A stretch of 64,000 nucleotides of DNA from Bifidobacteriaceae bacterium (GTDB lineage Bacteria; Actinomycetota; Actinomycetes; Actinomycetales; WQXJ01): NCBI GenBank assembly GCA_031268215.1, contig JAIRXP010000027.1, positions 15,529 through 79,528 on the forward strand. Reading direction: 5' to 3'. Under the pieces are notes generated by a model, which did no database searches, was not told the origin of the DNA, and saw nothing but the letters and a program-made list of their open reading frames with translations. Each line of letters starts with the position of its first letter. Positions within the stretch are counted from its first letter, which is position 1. Below are positions 1 to 8,924 of this stretch, piece by piece. A program made the translations under genes and the position numbers.

Positions 1-411
1 GCAGGCGTCTATTTCCAGCCAGTCGACATGGAACCGGCTGGCATGGGACTGGCCGCGGCGGAATCCGACTTCCACATCGAAGCTGACATCTCCGCCGGTG
101 AGAATGACCTTGGCTACGGCGTAGGAGACTTCGTCCCGAACCTGAAGGTTGACTATTCGATCACGGCCGAAGACGGCACCGTCGCGTCGTCAGGGACGTT
201 CATGCCGATGAACGCGTCCGACGGGCCGCATTACGGCGCCAACGTGGCGCTGAAGAACGCTGGCATCTACAAAGTCACGTTCACCATCCATTCCCCTGAA
301 GAAGCGGGCCACCTGCTACACGTCGACAAGGAGACTGGCGTGACTGGGAAGTTTTGGACCGAGCCGATAGTGGCCGAATGGGAGTGGGACTACGTCCCAC
401 GCGAATGGTGA
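1..411 (+). CDS. P19/Tp34-type periplasmic iron-binding protein of an FTR1-type iron uptake system; 5' end cut by window edge
   Basis: The reading frame is open from base 1 (AGVYFQPVD precedes the listed Met at 28). The sequence (GENDLGYGVGDFVPNL, MNASDGPHYGANV, TGKFWTEP) matches my recollection of the P19/Tp34 iron-transporter family. It is followed by the DUF2318, FtsX, FtsX and ABC genes that accompany p19 in Campylobacter-type clusters. Confidence 0.7.
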   Translation, partial: AGVYFQPVDMEPAGMGLAAAESDFHIEADISAGENDLGYGVGDFVPNLKVDYSITAEDGTVASSGTFMPMNASDGPHYGANVALKNAGIYKVTFTIHSPEEAGHLLHVDKETGVTGKFWTEPIVAEWEWDYVPREW

Positions 412-433
412 CGTTCACCGCTTGACCCATGCG

Positions 434-473
434 GCGTCCTGGGAGCCCTCCATCGAGGCGGGCCCCAGGACGC
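434..473 (+). terminator. GC-rich hairpin after the P19 gene (possible attenuator or partial terminator)
   Basis: GCGTCCTGGGaGCCC, an 11-nt loop, then GGGCCCCAGGACGC. The stem is about 14 bp with one bulge, lies 23 nt after the stop, and has no clear U tract. Confidence 0.35.
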
Positions 474-633
474 CGCTGATCTGGTGTAACTTGGTTCCAC
501 CTAACTACCGTCTAGTGCCCCTCATTAGCTGGGATGGCGAAGTCCGGACCAGCTAAGACGCGATAGCTGGCATCTGAGATGGTGGTGTCTTGACCGCTGT
601 CCTGGACCAACCACAAGGAGGCTCGCGAACCGA

Positions 634-2001
634 ATGCTTGGTCAACTCGTTGCCGTGACCGGGGGGCTGGGACCGGCCATCTTCATAGTGGCGGTCATCC
701 TTGTGGCGGCGCGGATCCGGGGCTCCAGCCGGCGCCAGGGCGCGGTCTTGGCGGTGGCCATAGCCGCGGGGGCGGTGGCGGGAATCGCCTTGGCTGTGAT
801 CCGGGAACTGACTGGCATGGCGCAGCGCGAAGTGATATCGATCTGGACTTTGGGTGCGGCGTTGGTGGCCACAGCGGGGTTGCTGGTGGCCGCTTGGCTG
901 CCGGACGGCCGGGCCGCCGGTTCGGTGGGGCTGCCCCACAAAACCAGCCGGACCCAAAGGCTCCAACGGGCCGAAAGAACTGAAAGAACTGAAAGAACTG
1001 GGGCGGGCCGCCGAACCCAGCCAAACAACCACCCGGGGATCTCGGGGGTGATTTGGACGAGCGCCGCGGCCGCCACCGCCGCGCTCACAATGTTCCGGGC
1101 CATCCCGGCTGTCTTCTTGCAGCTATCCAGCTTCGTGGTGCCGGGCACCAGCGCCGTCTCAACGGATTCGCTCTTGCGGATGCTCGGCTTCGCCGGCGGC
1201 GCCGGGCTGCTGGCGGCGGTGGCGGTGTTCCTGGTGCGGGCTTCGGACGGCGCGCCCAGACTGGCCGGACGCTTGGCGCTAACCATCGCCGGAGGGACAA
1301 GCTTGCTGGTGAACCTGGTGGCGTTGGCCCAACTGTTGATAGGGCGCCGTCTGGTCGAACCACCGCGGGCCGTCTTCAAGGCGGTGGCCTGGGGAATCAA
1401 CCATCAATCATGGTCGCTATGGGTGCTGGCGGCGGCGGCCCTGATACCGCCCCTAGTGACGCTACGGGCTAACCGCCATCCGGCGGTGGGCGGGCCCAAC
1501 CCGGCCGTGGACCGGCTGGCGAAGGCGCGCGCTTGGCGTCGCCTGCGTTATGGCCTGGCCAGCGCTGGAGCCTACCTGGTGATTGGCTGGGTGGTTACTT
1601 TTGGCGTTGCGATTGAGCAACGCGAACCGGAACTGTCGCCGCCAGAGCAATATGAACTGGTCGACGGGACCGCGGTGATTGATCTGGCCGCCATCGAGGA
1701 CGGCCATTTGCACCGTTTCGCTTACACCACATCGAGCGGCGTTGAGGTGCGGTTCATCGTCATCAAGAAGAACGGCGTTGCCTATGGGGTAGGCCTTGAT
1801 GCCTGCGAAGTGTGCGGCCCAACCGGCTATTACGAGAAGGACGGCAAGATTATCTGCCGCCTCTGCGACGTCATCATGAATGTCGCCACCATCGGTTTCA
1901 AAGGTGGATGCAACCCCATCCCGCTTGATTACACGCTTGATGGTGGCCAGATGTTGGTCCAGACGGCGGATCTCGAAGCCGCCTCAGGCGTGTTCGCTTA
2001 G
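634..2001 (+). CDS. DUF2318-type membrane protein with Cys-rich (putative Fe-S/metal) C-terminal domain
   Basis: The C-terminus HRFAY..FIVIKKNG..GLDACEVCGPTGYYEKDGKIICRLCDVIMN..GGCNPIPL is the DUF2318 signature as I recall it. The N-terminal ~300 aa is polytopic hydrophobic. AAGGAGG lies upstream of the ATG. Confidence 0.75.
   Translation: MLGQLVAVTGGLGPAIFIVAVILVAARIRGSSRRQGAVLAVAIAAGAVAGIALAVIRELTGMAQREVISIWTLGAALVATAGLLVAAWLPDGRAAGSVGLPHKTSRTQRLQRAERTERTERTGAGRRTQPNNHPGISGVIWTSAAAATAALTMFRAIPAVFLQLSSFVVPGTSAVSTDSLLRMLGFAGGAGLLAAVAVFLVRASDGAPRLAGRLALTIAGGTSLLVNLVALAQLLIGRRLVEPPRAVFKAVAWGINHQSWSLWVLAAAALIPPLVTLRANRHPAVGGPNPAVDRLAKARAWRRLRYGLASAGAYLVIGWVVTFGVAIEQREPELSPPEQYELVDGTAVIDLAAIEDGHLHRFAYTTSSGVEVRFIVIKKNGVAYGVGLDACEVCGPTGYYEKDGKIICRLCDVIMNVATIGFKGGCNPIPLDYTLDGGQMLVQTADLEAASGVFA
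973..999 (+). repeat. Perfect 9-bp tandem repeat x3 (GAAAGAACT) encoding ERT-ERT-ERT inside the DUF2318 gene
   Basis: Read directly from the sequence. The repeat is in frame and lies in a predicted loop region. Confidence 0.95.
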
Positions 2002-2009
2002 GGGGCGGC

Positions 2010-3317
2010 GTGTTCTGGAGGATGGTGCGTGGCGCGTTGACGCGGGAACGCTCCAAGCGGGCCATGATCGCGGCCACGACAGCGTTGGGTGCGTCGGTAG
2101 CGACGGCCATGTTGGGGGTCATGTTTGATGTGGGGGACAAGGTCAACCAGGAGCTCAAGACTTACGGCGCTAACATCATGGTCCAAGCGAAGGGCGCCGC
2201 CGTCCTGGACGAGTTGTACCAAGTCGAAGGCTCCCCGGTGGCGCGTGCTTCTCTGGCTGAGGCCGATCTCCCGTCCATCAAGACGATTTTTTGGGCTTTC
2301 AATGTTCTGGATTTTGCGCCGTTCCTGTCAGCTAGTGCCGGGTTGAGCGCCGGAGACGTGCCCGATGCCGCCCGTCCAGACCGAGAGGAAGTCACGGTTG
2401 TCGGCACCTGGTTCGCCAAGCCATTGGATCTGCCGACGGGCGAGCATGCCGTGGCCGGGATACTGAATCTGCGGTCCTGGTGGGACGTGGAAGGTGGCTG
2501 GATAGCGGATGGGGATGAGGATCTGGCTTTGGTGGGGGCGGACCTAGCCGCCGAACAGTCACTGGGGTTGGGAGACAGCATCGCGCTGTCTGGCGCCGGC
2601 GGGGAGGTCGTGGTCCAAGTGGCAGGGATCGTGACGACCTCAGGGGATGAATCCAGCCAGGTGATAGTGCCCATGGCGACCGCTCAGCGGCTGTCTGGGC
2701 GGCCCGGTGAAGTCGACTTCGTCGAGGTCAGCGCTTTGACCACGCCGGATAACGATCTGGCTCGGAAAGCGGCCCGCAACCCGGAATCCCTGACCATTTC
2801 GGAATGGGAGACCTGGTACTGCACGGCCTACGCCTCCTCCATCGCTTACCAGATTGAAGAGGTCATTCCGGAGGCGGTCGCCAAGCCGGTCCGGCAAGTG
2901 ACCGAATCCTCTGGATCAATTCTGGCCAAGACCCGGTTGTTGATGGCCATGGTGACCGTCCTGTCACTGATCGCCTCGGCCTTGGCGATCGCCAACCTGG
3001 TTACCGCCAGTGTGATTGAGCGCGCTCCGCAGATTGGGTTACTGAAGGCCGTTGGGGCCTCCGACGCTTCGGTAGTGCGGCTGATCTTGGCCGAAATGGC
3101 CGTGGTTGGCCTGGCTGGGGGACTGGCTGGATACGGGATCGGGTTAGGTTTCGCCCAGATCATTGGTCACACGGTGTTCGCTTCGGCCATAGCGGTCCGG
3201 CCAATCGTGGCGCTATTGGTGACGTTGCTGGTGTTCTTGGTGGTGGTGGGCGGATCGCTGCCATCTATCCGGTTGCTGTTGCGTTTGCGCCCAGCCGATG
3301 TGTTGCACGGGCGGTGA
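2010..3317 (+). CDS. ABC transporter permease, FtsX/MacB-like
   Basis: N-terminal TM, large extracytoplasmic domain, and a C-terminal FtsX-type 3-TM bundle (GLLKAVGASD motif). Confidence 0.85.
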   Translation: MFWRMVRGALTRERSKRAMIAATTALGASVATAMLGVMFDVGDKVNQELKTYGANIMVQAKGAAVLDELYQVEGSPVARASLAEADLPSIKTIFWAFNVLDFAPFLSASAGLSAGDVPDAARPDREEVTVVGTWFAKPLDLPTGEHAVAGILNLRSWWDVEGGWIADGDEDLALVGADLAAEQSLGLGDSIALSGAGGEVVVQVAGIVTTSGDESSQVIVPMATAQRLSGRPGEVDFVEVSALTTPDNDLARKAARNPESLTISEWETWYCTAYASSIAYQIEEVIPEAVAKPVRQVTESSGSILAKTRLLMAMVTVLSLIASALAIANLVTASVIERAPQIGLLKAVGASDASVVRLILAEMAVVGLAGGLAGYGIGLGFAQIIGHTVFASAIAVRPIVALLVTLLVFLVVVGGSLPSIRLLLRLRPADVLHGR

Positions 3318-3323
3318 GCGGCG

Positions 3324-4580
3324 ATGGCTAATGATGTTGGCGCGCGGGCTGGGACGGTGGCCCGCCGCGCACGGCGGGCCATGTTCTGGCGCATGGTGGC
3401 CCGCTCGGTCACCCGGCGCCGTTCGCGCGTCCTGATCGCGGTGTTGGCGGTGGGGATCGGCGCCACAACACTGTTCGCCTTGGCTTCAATCGCCATTGAC
3501 ATCCCCCGGCAGATGACCCGCGAAATGCGAGCCTATGGAGCGAACTTGCTGGTGATGCCCCAGGATGGGGATTCGGCGGTGCCGGTCGCGGCGCTGGCCG
3601 GAATTGATCACCTGTTGGAGGCGGCGGAGGTGGTCGGCCGGGCGCCCTACCGCTATGAGACCTTACGGTTGAACCAGGCGCCCTATTTGACCGCTGGGAC
3701 CGATTTGGGGGCGGTGCGGAAAGTCAGCCCCTATTGGTACGTCGAAGGAGATTGGCCGGGTGGGCCGGGCGAAGTGCTGATTGGCCAGGACATCGCCGAA
3801 TGGGCCGACCTGGGCGCCGGGGACCAAATCGAGCTGGTGGCGGGAGCGTTAGGCGGCCCGGCGGCATCGGCGGACGCGGGTCTGGGCGGCCAGGCTGGGA
3901 GCGACGGCGGGGACCAACCCCAAGACGTCATCGAGGAAGAGGCGACGGGGCTGTTCGCCGTGGCGGGAGTGCTGACTACCGGCGGCACGGAAGACGAACT
4001 GATCCTGATGGCGCTGGGCGATTTGGAGAACTTGGCTGGCGGGGCCGGGGAATACGACGTGGTCGAATACTCGGTGGCGGCAGATTCGGCCCAGATTGAG
4101 GAACTGGCTGGGCGGATCAGCGCCCAGGTCCAGGGCGTGGCGGCGGCTCCCGTCAAGCGGCTGACCGAATCTGACGACTACGTGCTGTCCATGTTGCGTT
4201 CGCTGCTAGCGCTGATCGCAGTGATTGTGCTGGTCCTGACCATGATTGGGGTTTCAACCACCATGATGGCGGTGGTGGCGGAGCGCCAGGGTGAGATCGC
4301 GCTGCGGAAGGCCCTAGGGGCCAATGTCCGCGAAGTTGAACGCGAGTTTCTCAGCGAAGGTTTGGCCTTGGGCGCAGTGGGCGGGATCCTGGGGACCGGG
4401 TTAGGCTACCTGCTGGCGCAGGTCATTTCGCTGAACGTATTCCACCGTTCGGTCGGTATGACGTGGTGGCTGGCGGTGGTGAGCGTGGCCGTGTCAACTC
4501 TGGTCGCCTGGGTGGCGGCGCTGGTGCCGGTGCGGCGTGCGGCCGAAGTCGACCCGGCGACCGTATTGCGAGGCGAATAG
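3324..4580 (+). CDS. ABC transporter permease, FtsX/MacB-like (second copy)
   Basis: Same architecture as the previous gene (ALRKALGANV motif). MFWRMV at 3381 mirrors the N-terminus of the first permease and is an alternative start. Confidence 0.85.
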   Translation: MANDVGARAGTVARRARRAMFWRMVARSVTRRRSRVLIAVLAVGIGATTLFALASIAIDIPRQMTREMRAYGANLLVMPQDGDSAVPVAALAGIDHLLEAAEVVGRAPYRYETLRLNQAPYLTAGTDLGAVRKVSPYWYVEGDWPGGPGEVLIGQDIAEWADLGAGDQIELVAGALGGPAASADAGLGGQAGSDGGDQPQDVIEEEATGLFAVAGVLTTGGTEDELILMALGDLENLAGGAGEYDVVEYSVAADSAQIEELAGRISAQVQGVAAAPVKRLTESDDYVLSMLRSLLALIAVIVLVLTMIGVSTTMMAVVAERQGEIALRKALGANVREVEREFLSEGLALGAVGGILGTGLGYLLAQVISLNVFHRSVGMTWWLAVVSVAVSTLVAWVAALVPVRRAAEVDPATVLRGE

Positions 4581-4600
4581 TCCATGAGACGGAGGATTCA

Positions 4601-5281
4601 ATGACGGAACCACGCGACCTGCTTGAACTAGCGGAGGTCTCCAAGGTTTACGGGGACTTGCGGGCCTTGGATGAAGTATCGCTGAGCGTGCCCCGGGGCC
4701 AGTGGCTGTCGATTGTGGGACCGTCCGGGTCCGGCAAGACCACGCTGATGAACATTGTTGGGGCCATGGATCGGGCCAGTTCCGGATCGGTGCTGCTGGA
4801 CGGTGTCGAACTGAGCGGCATGAGCCCTAAGGAATTGGCTCAGATCAGGCGCGATACGGTTGGCTTGATTTTCCAGAAGTTCCACCTGATTGGCCACTTG
4901 ACGGCGCTGGAGAACGTGATGGTCGCCCAGTACTACCATTCGATGCCGGACGAACCGGAGGCTCTGGCGGCCCTGGACCGGGTGGGTCTAAGAGAGAGGG
5001 CGGCGCATCTGCCGTCGCAGCTCTCGGGCGGTGAACAACAGCGGGTTTGCATTGCCCGCGCCCTGATCAACTATCCAGCCCTGATTCTGGCGGATGAACC
5101 AACTGGCAATCTGGACGCTGCCAATGAGCAGATTGTCCTGGACATTTTTCGAACCCTGCATTCGGAGGGCGCCACGTTGATCGTGGTGACTCATGATCCT
5201 GATGTCGCGGCCGAGGGCCAGCGTGAAGTGGCTCTGGATCACGGCCGGATGGTGCGGGAGGTGTTCCATGTGCATCCCTGA
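4601..5281 (+). CDS. ABC transporter ATP-binding protein (MacB/LolD-like)
   Basis: Walker A GPSGSGKTT, signature LSGGEQQR and Walker B LILADEPT. GGAGGA lies 5-10 nt before the ATG at 4601. The longer ORF from 4463 overlaps the permease and looks non-protein-like. Confidence 0.9.
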   Translation: MTEPRDLLELAEVSKVYGDLRALDEVSLSVPRGQWLSIVGPSGSGKTTLMNIVGAMDRASSGSVLLDGVELSGMSPKELAQIRRDTVGLIFQKFHLIGHLTALENVMVAQYYHSMPDEPEALAALDRVGLRERAAHLPSQLSGGEQQRVCIARALINYPALILADEPTGNLDAANEQIVLDIFRTLHSEGATLIVVTHDPDVAAEGQREVALDHGRMVREVFHVHP

Positions 5282-5828
5282 TCCGAGCCTGGCCAGACCG
5301 GCTCGGCTCGCCCCGATGGCTCGACTGGTGCGGCTGGGTGGCTTGGGGGTCTTTGGGGCTCTGGGGCTGGCCGCCTGCGGTGCTGATACGCCGCCTTACG
5401 ATTCTTCACTGCCTTTGGCGGATGGGGTTTGGGTTGGCGAAAGCGCGCCGGATGAAGAAGGGGCCTTTGGCCGTTCGACTGTCACGGTGTCCGGAGGGAA
5501 GATCACCGGCAGCCAGTACGTCACGGTGCAAGCCAACGGCTCCATGAAGGGCGAGGACTACGGCAAGGATTCCTCTGGCGAGATCGCGAATCGCTCCGCT
5601 TACCGGGCCGCCCAGAAGGCGGTCTCGGCGTTCGATGTCTATGCCCGTGATTTGATTGAAGTTGGCGTTCCCGCGGACGTGGATGTGGTTTCTGGGGCGA
5701 CCATAGCCCACGGGCAGTTCCTGGAGGCGGCCACGGAAGCGCTAACTGAATCGCAAATGGCCGCCGAGCGAGGACGGACCGGCCCGGCCGGTGGCGGGAG
5801 TGAATCAGGCGGACCGGCGGACGGCTGA
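5268..5828 (+). CDS. FMN-binding domain lipoprotein (predicted ApbE flavinylation substrate)
   Basis: Lipobox LGLAAC follows a basic/hydrophobic signal peptide. The C-terminal motif DVDVVSGATIAHGQF fits the Dxx(S/T)GA(T/S) flavinylation motif (Thr codon at 5700-5702). GGGAGG precedes the ATG at 5268, and 5316 is an alternative start. Confidence 0.75.
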   Translation: MCIPDPSLARPARLAPMARLVRLGGLGVFGALGLAACGADTPPYDSSLPLADGVWVGESAPDEEGAFGRSTVTVSGGKITGSQYVTVQANGSMKGEDYGKDSSGEIANRSAYRAAQKAVSAFDVYARDLIEVGVPADVDVVSGATIAHGQFLEAATEALTESQMAAERGRTGPAGGGSESGGPADG

Positions 5829-6862
5829 TGGCGCCTGGGCTCTGGCATAAAGCCGAATTCCCGGGCATGGGCACCCAGGTTCGGCTGGAATTCGCTGGGC
5901 CGCGGTGGCCGGGCGGATCCGGCCGGGAAGATGGGCGAGGCGTGGTCGCCAGCGAAGCCCGGGCCGCGGGCCAATCGGCGGCCAGCCAAGACTGGGCGGC
6001 CGGTCTGGTTGGGTCGGTCCGTGAACTGGTCCGAGAGATCGAGGCGGAACTGTCCCGGTACCGCGGTGATTCTGATGTTTCGCGACTGAACCGCGCATCC
6101 GGGCAATGGCTGGAGATTGGCCAGCACACGGCCGCCGTCTTAGCGGCTGCGGCGGCCTGGCGGATCGCCACCGGCGGGCTGTTCGACCCAGCCATGCCGG
6201 GCCAGCCGATTGACGTTGACACCCCTCCCGGCCAGCCACCGCGAGCGCGTATTGGCCGGCCGGCCGGCGCCAAGACCGTTCATCAACGGGAGAGCGCCTT
6301 AAGCGGCATTGATCTGAAAGGGATTGATAGCGGGATTGATCTGGGCGGGATCGGCAAGGGCTACACCGCTGATCAGATTTTGGCGCTCTGCCAGCGCCAC
6401 GGCGCCTCTTCCGCGCTGGTGTCGTTGGGGACATCCTCCCTGGCGGCGCTGGGTGAACGGCCCGGTGGGGGACCGTGGCGAATCGGCCTGAGGTCGCCAG
6501 GCGCTGACCGCGACCAGGCCTTAGGCGTGGCCGAATTGGCTGGCGGTGCCTTGGCGACTTCCGGCATTGACGAACAGGGCCATCACATAATCGATCCCAG
6601 GACGGGCCGGCCCGCCAAGGCGGGAGTGCTCCAGGCGACCGTCATGGCGGCCGATGGCATGACCGCGGAGGCTTACTCGACGGCCTTAGTGGTGGGCGGT
6701 CCAACGGGCGCCTGGCCCTCCGCGCCGACCGGTGCCGCTGGCCCCGACCGCGACGGCTTTACCGTGAGCGGGGCCGCGGTGGCCTGGATTCTGGTCACGG
6801 CTGAGGCTGTCTTGGTCAGTCCTGGGGCGACCTCGTGTTTCCACCCATCGCTGCGCGAGTAG
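5828..6862 (+). CDS. apbE: FAD:protein FMN transferase (ApbE family)
   Basis: Motifs FPGMGTQV, GGIGKGYTADQI and TSGIDEQGHHIIDPRTGRPA. Its start overlaps the stop of the FMN-binding gene (TGATG). Confidence 0.85.
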   Translation: MAPGLWHKAEFPGMGTQVRLEFAGPRWPGGSGREDGRGVVASEARAAGQSAASQDWAAGLVGSVRELVREIEAELSRYRGDSDVSRLNRASGQWLEIGQHTAAVLAAAAAWRIATGGLFDPAMPGQPIDVDTPPGQPPRARIGRPAGAKTVHQRESALSGIDLKGIDSGIDLGGIGKGYTADQILALCQRHGASSALVSLGTSSLAALGERPGGGPWRIGLRSPGADRDQALGVAELAGGALATSGIDEQGHHIIDPRTGRPAKAGVLQATVMAADGMTAEAYSTALVVGGPTGAWPSAPTGAAGPDRDGFTVSGAAVAWILVTAEAVLVSPGATSCFHPSLRE

Positions 6863-6948
6863 TGTTCCCGGGACAATCGCTGGCGGGGCCGCGCACCACG
6901 CGGCGCAGCCGCTGACGCGGCGATGGCGGGACACTGGTCCGTTGGCTG

Positions 6949-6990
6949 GCTGAAACCCGTGCGGTTTAGCCGGGTCCCGCCTACCCGCAG
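6949..6990. repeat. Copy E of a recurring intergenic element (5' module only)
   Basis: 34 of 42 positions are identical (hand alignment) to 8925-8966. It contains the hairpin CCGGGT-cccgcct-ACCCG. Confidence 0.7.
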
Positions 6991-6994
6991 CTAG

Positions 6995-8890
6995 CTAGTC
7001 GTTTGGAAGCTCCGCGCGGTTGAGGGGTACGGACAGGATCGTATCCGTGCCAATGCCGTTGACGGCGGGAGATGCCACCAGCGAGCCGTTGAGTTGCCGC
7101 AGCAGCGACAGTAGCGCGGCCGGCTTCGCGCCCAGAGCGAGGCGGCCCCGATCCTTGGATCCCGAACTCTCCGAAACCACAACCATTAACCGAGCCTGGG
7201 TGGAACCGGCGGCCACCAGGACCGGCTGGTCCGGGTCCTGGGGGGCGGCCGCTTCGATCAGCCCGGATACTATTCGCGCCAGGCGGCGCGCGACCGGGGC
7301 GGGCACCACGGCGGTGGTCTGAATGGCCCAACGGACTTGGGCGGCGTTGGGGGCGCCTGTCAGCGCGTCCTTCAGGACCTCTGCAACGGGCAGTCCCCCG
7401 GGGCCGGGCCGGCTCGAGGCCAGGCGGGGGATTGGGGCGTCACGGTTAAGCCGGCTGGGAGCTGCCGGAGCTGCCGGAGCAGAGGCGGGTGCGGGCGGGG
7501 GCTTGAACGAAAGGCTAAGGGGGCGCACCGAGGGCGGGGGAGACTTCGCCGGGGGAGAGGACGCACCCGCCGGGCGGGTCGCCTCCCCGGGTCTCCTCGA
7601 CGGGACATCCGGATAGCGTCTGGGCGCATCGCTCGGCGGGACGATCACCGCCGGAGGCGCTGGAAGGATGCCAGGGAAGGCGTCTGAGGGCTGGCGGGAA
7701 GACGGGGGTGGCCTAAGCTGGCCAGGCCGCGGCGGCCTGGCGGTGTCATCTCTGATGGGAGCCAACCGCCGAACCGAGCTTCTGGGTACTGGGCTGACGG
7801 GGGGAGGGCTGGTAGGCCTGGCGCTGGGAGGCGGCCCGGCTGACAACCGGACCGGCTGGGCCGGTTGTACGGGCTGGACCGGTTGGACGGGTTGGGCCGG
7901 TCGGACCGGTTGGACCCGTGGCCTGGGAGCGGCCGGGACGGCCGCCGGGCCAGCGGTGGACACTGCGGGGGATGGCGGCCAGCCGGCAGTCCTTCTGGGC
8001 GAACCGCCGTTGGACCGGCCCGCGGACACCCTCACCACGGGCGGGGCGGCAGCCGCCCGTTCTGCCGGCGGGGGCATCACCGCCACCGACGCCGCAGTGG
8101 CCGTTTCTTGCGGCTTGGCGTGGTAATCAGCTGCTGGTTGCCGGCGGGGCGCCGGGCTGGTGCTGGCGGGCCGGGAACCCGGAATGTGCAACACGCCACC
8201 CAGGCGACCAGCGAACTCAGGCCCAACCACGGCCGGCCGGGTGGCCAAGAAGAGTATGCCAGCGACCATCACCAGGGCCCCGCAGACGCCAACCATCACC
8301 CGGGCCCGTGAGGACGAGTAGAGCGAATCCGCGGCGGCGCTCAGTTCCGTCAACGAGGTCTGGCCGCTGGCGTTCTGGGCGCCCCCCTGGCCATTGGCCG
8401 CGTAGGCGGTGGCGTGCCGCGACAGGTTGGTGTTGGAAACTGCGCGTGCTAACAGATCTGGCATGGGAAGCAGCGATATCCCGAATTCGCGGAGGCCCGC
8501 GCCTCCGCTGGCGCGAGCTTTTGACAGGGCGCCGGACGGATCTGACAGCAACGCGGTCAGGGCGGTGGCGTCCGCACTGGACGGGAGCCGCAGTTTCTTC
8601 AGCGAGATGGCATTCGCGGCGGTCGTCAGGTCGGCGAAGGCTGAATTGGTGGCCGCGGCGTCAAAGGCCCCGCCCTCCTCAGCGAGCGCCGCCCGTCCGG
8701 CGTTGTCTACTGCCCTCATCAGATCGACTATGCGGCGGTCCTCTTTGGCGGCGGCGGCCGCCTGTCCGTTAGCGGCGATGGTGTAGATGCAGGTGCCTAA
8801 GGCGATCACCAGAATGATCAAGGTAGCGCGCCCGATCCGCCGGTATCCAATTGCGGGGACCGGCGGATCGGCGGCTAGGTTGGGGGTCAC
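6995..8890 (-). CDS. Membrane protein: two-TM extracytoplasmic helical domain, ~300-aa Pro-rich region and a small C-terminal globular domain; hypothetical
   Basis: TM segments LIILVIALGTCIYTI and VMVGVCGALVMVAGILFLA. PVQ/PAQ tandem repeats lie around 7851-7917. The N-terminal domain is paralogous to the next gene. The C-terminal segment is faintly reminiscent of a degenerate histidine-kinase ATPase lid (by eye only). Confidence 0.6.
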   Translation of the reverse strand: MTPNLAADPPVPAIGYRRIGRATLIILVIALGTCIYTIAANGQAAAAAKEDRRIVDLMRAVDNAGRAALAEEGGAFDAAATNSAFADLTTAANAISLKKLRLPSSADATALTALLSDPSGALSKARASGGAGLREFGISLLPMPDLLARAVSNTNLSRHATAYAANGQGGAQNASGQTSLTELSAAADSLYSSSRARVMVGVCGALVMVAGILFLATRPAVVGPEFAGRLGGVLHIPGSRPASTSPAPRRQPAADYHAKPQETATAASVAVMPPPAERAAAAPPVVRVSAGRSNGGSPRRTAGWPPSPAVSTAGPAAVPAAPRPRVQPVRPAQPVQPVQPVQPAQPVRLSAGPPPSARPTSPPPVSPVPRSSVRRLAPIRDDTARPPRPGQLRPPPSSRQPSDAFPGILPAPPAVIVPPSDAPRRYPDVPSRRPGEATRPAGASSPPAKSPPPSVRPLSLSFKPPPAPASAPAAPAAPSRLNRDAPIPRLASSRPGPGGLPVAEVLKDALTGAPNAAQVRWAIQTTAVVPAPVARRLARIVSGLIEAAAPQDPDQPVLVAAGSTQARLMVVVSESSGSKDRGRLALGAKPAALLSLLRQLNGSLVASPAVNGIGTDTILSVPLNRAELPND

Positions 8891-8924
8891 CTTACAAGGC
8901 CTCGGTCAGTTAGCTCACCGGGTC

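Noticed and set aside
486-504. An IdeR/DtxR-type iron box between the P19 and DUF2318 genes (GTAACTTGGTTCCACCTAA).
   Set aside because: Only ~11 of 19 positions match the TTAGGTTAGGCTAACCTAA consensus, the left half-site is poor, and the site is inside the operon rather than at its promoter.
7918-8772. A plus-strand 284-aa ORF, and others, opposite the proline-rich membrane protein gene.
   Set aside because: It is Arg/Pro/Trp-rich nonsense composition with no TM or motifs. The minus-strand frame has TM segments and paralogy to the neighbouring gene, so that frame was preferred, although confidence in it is only moderate.
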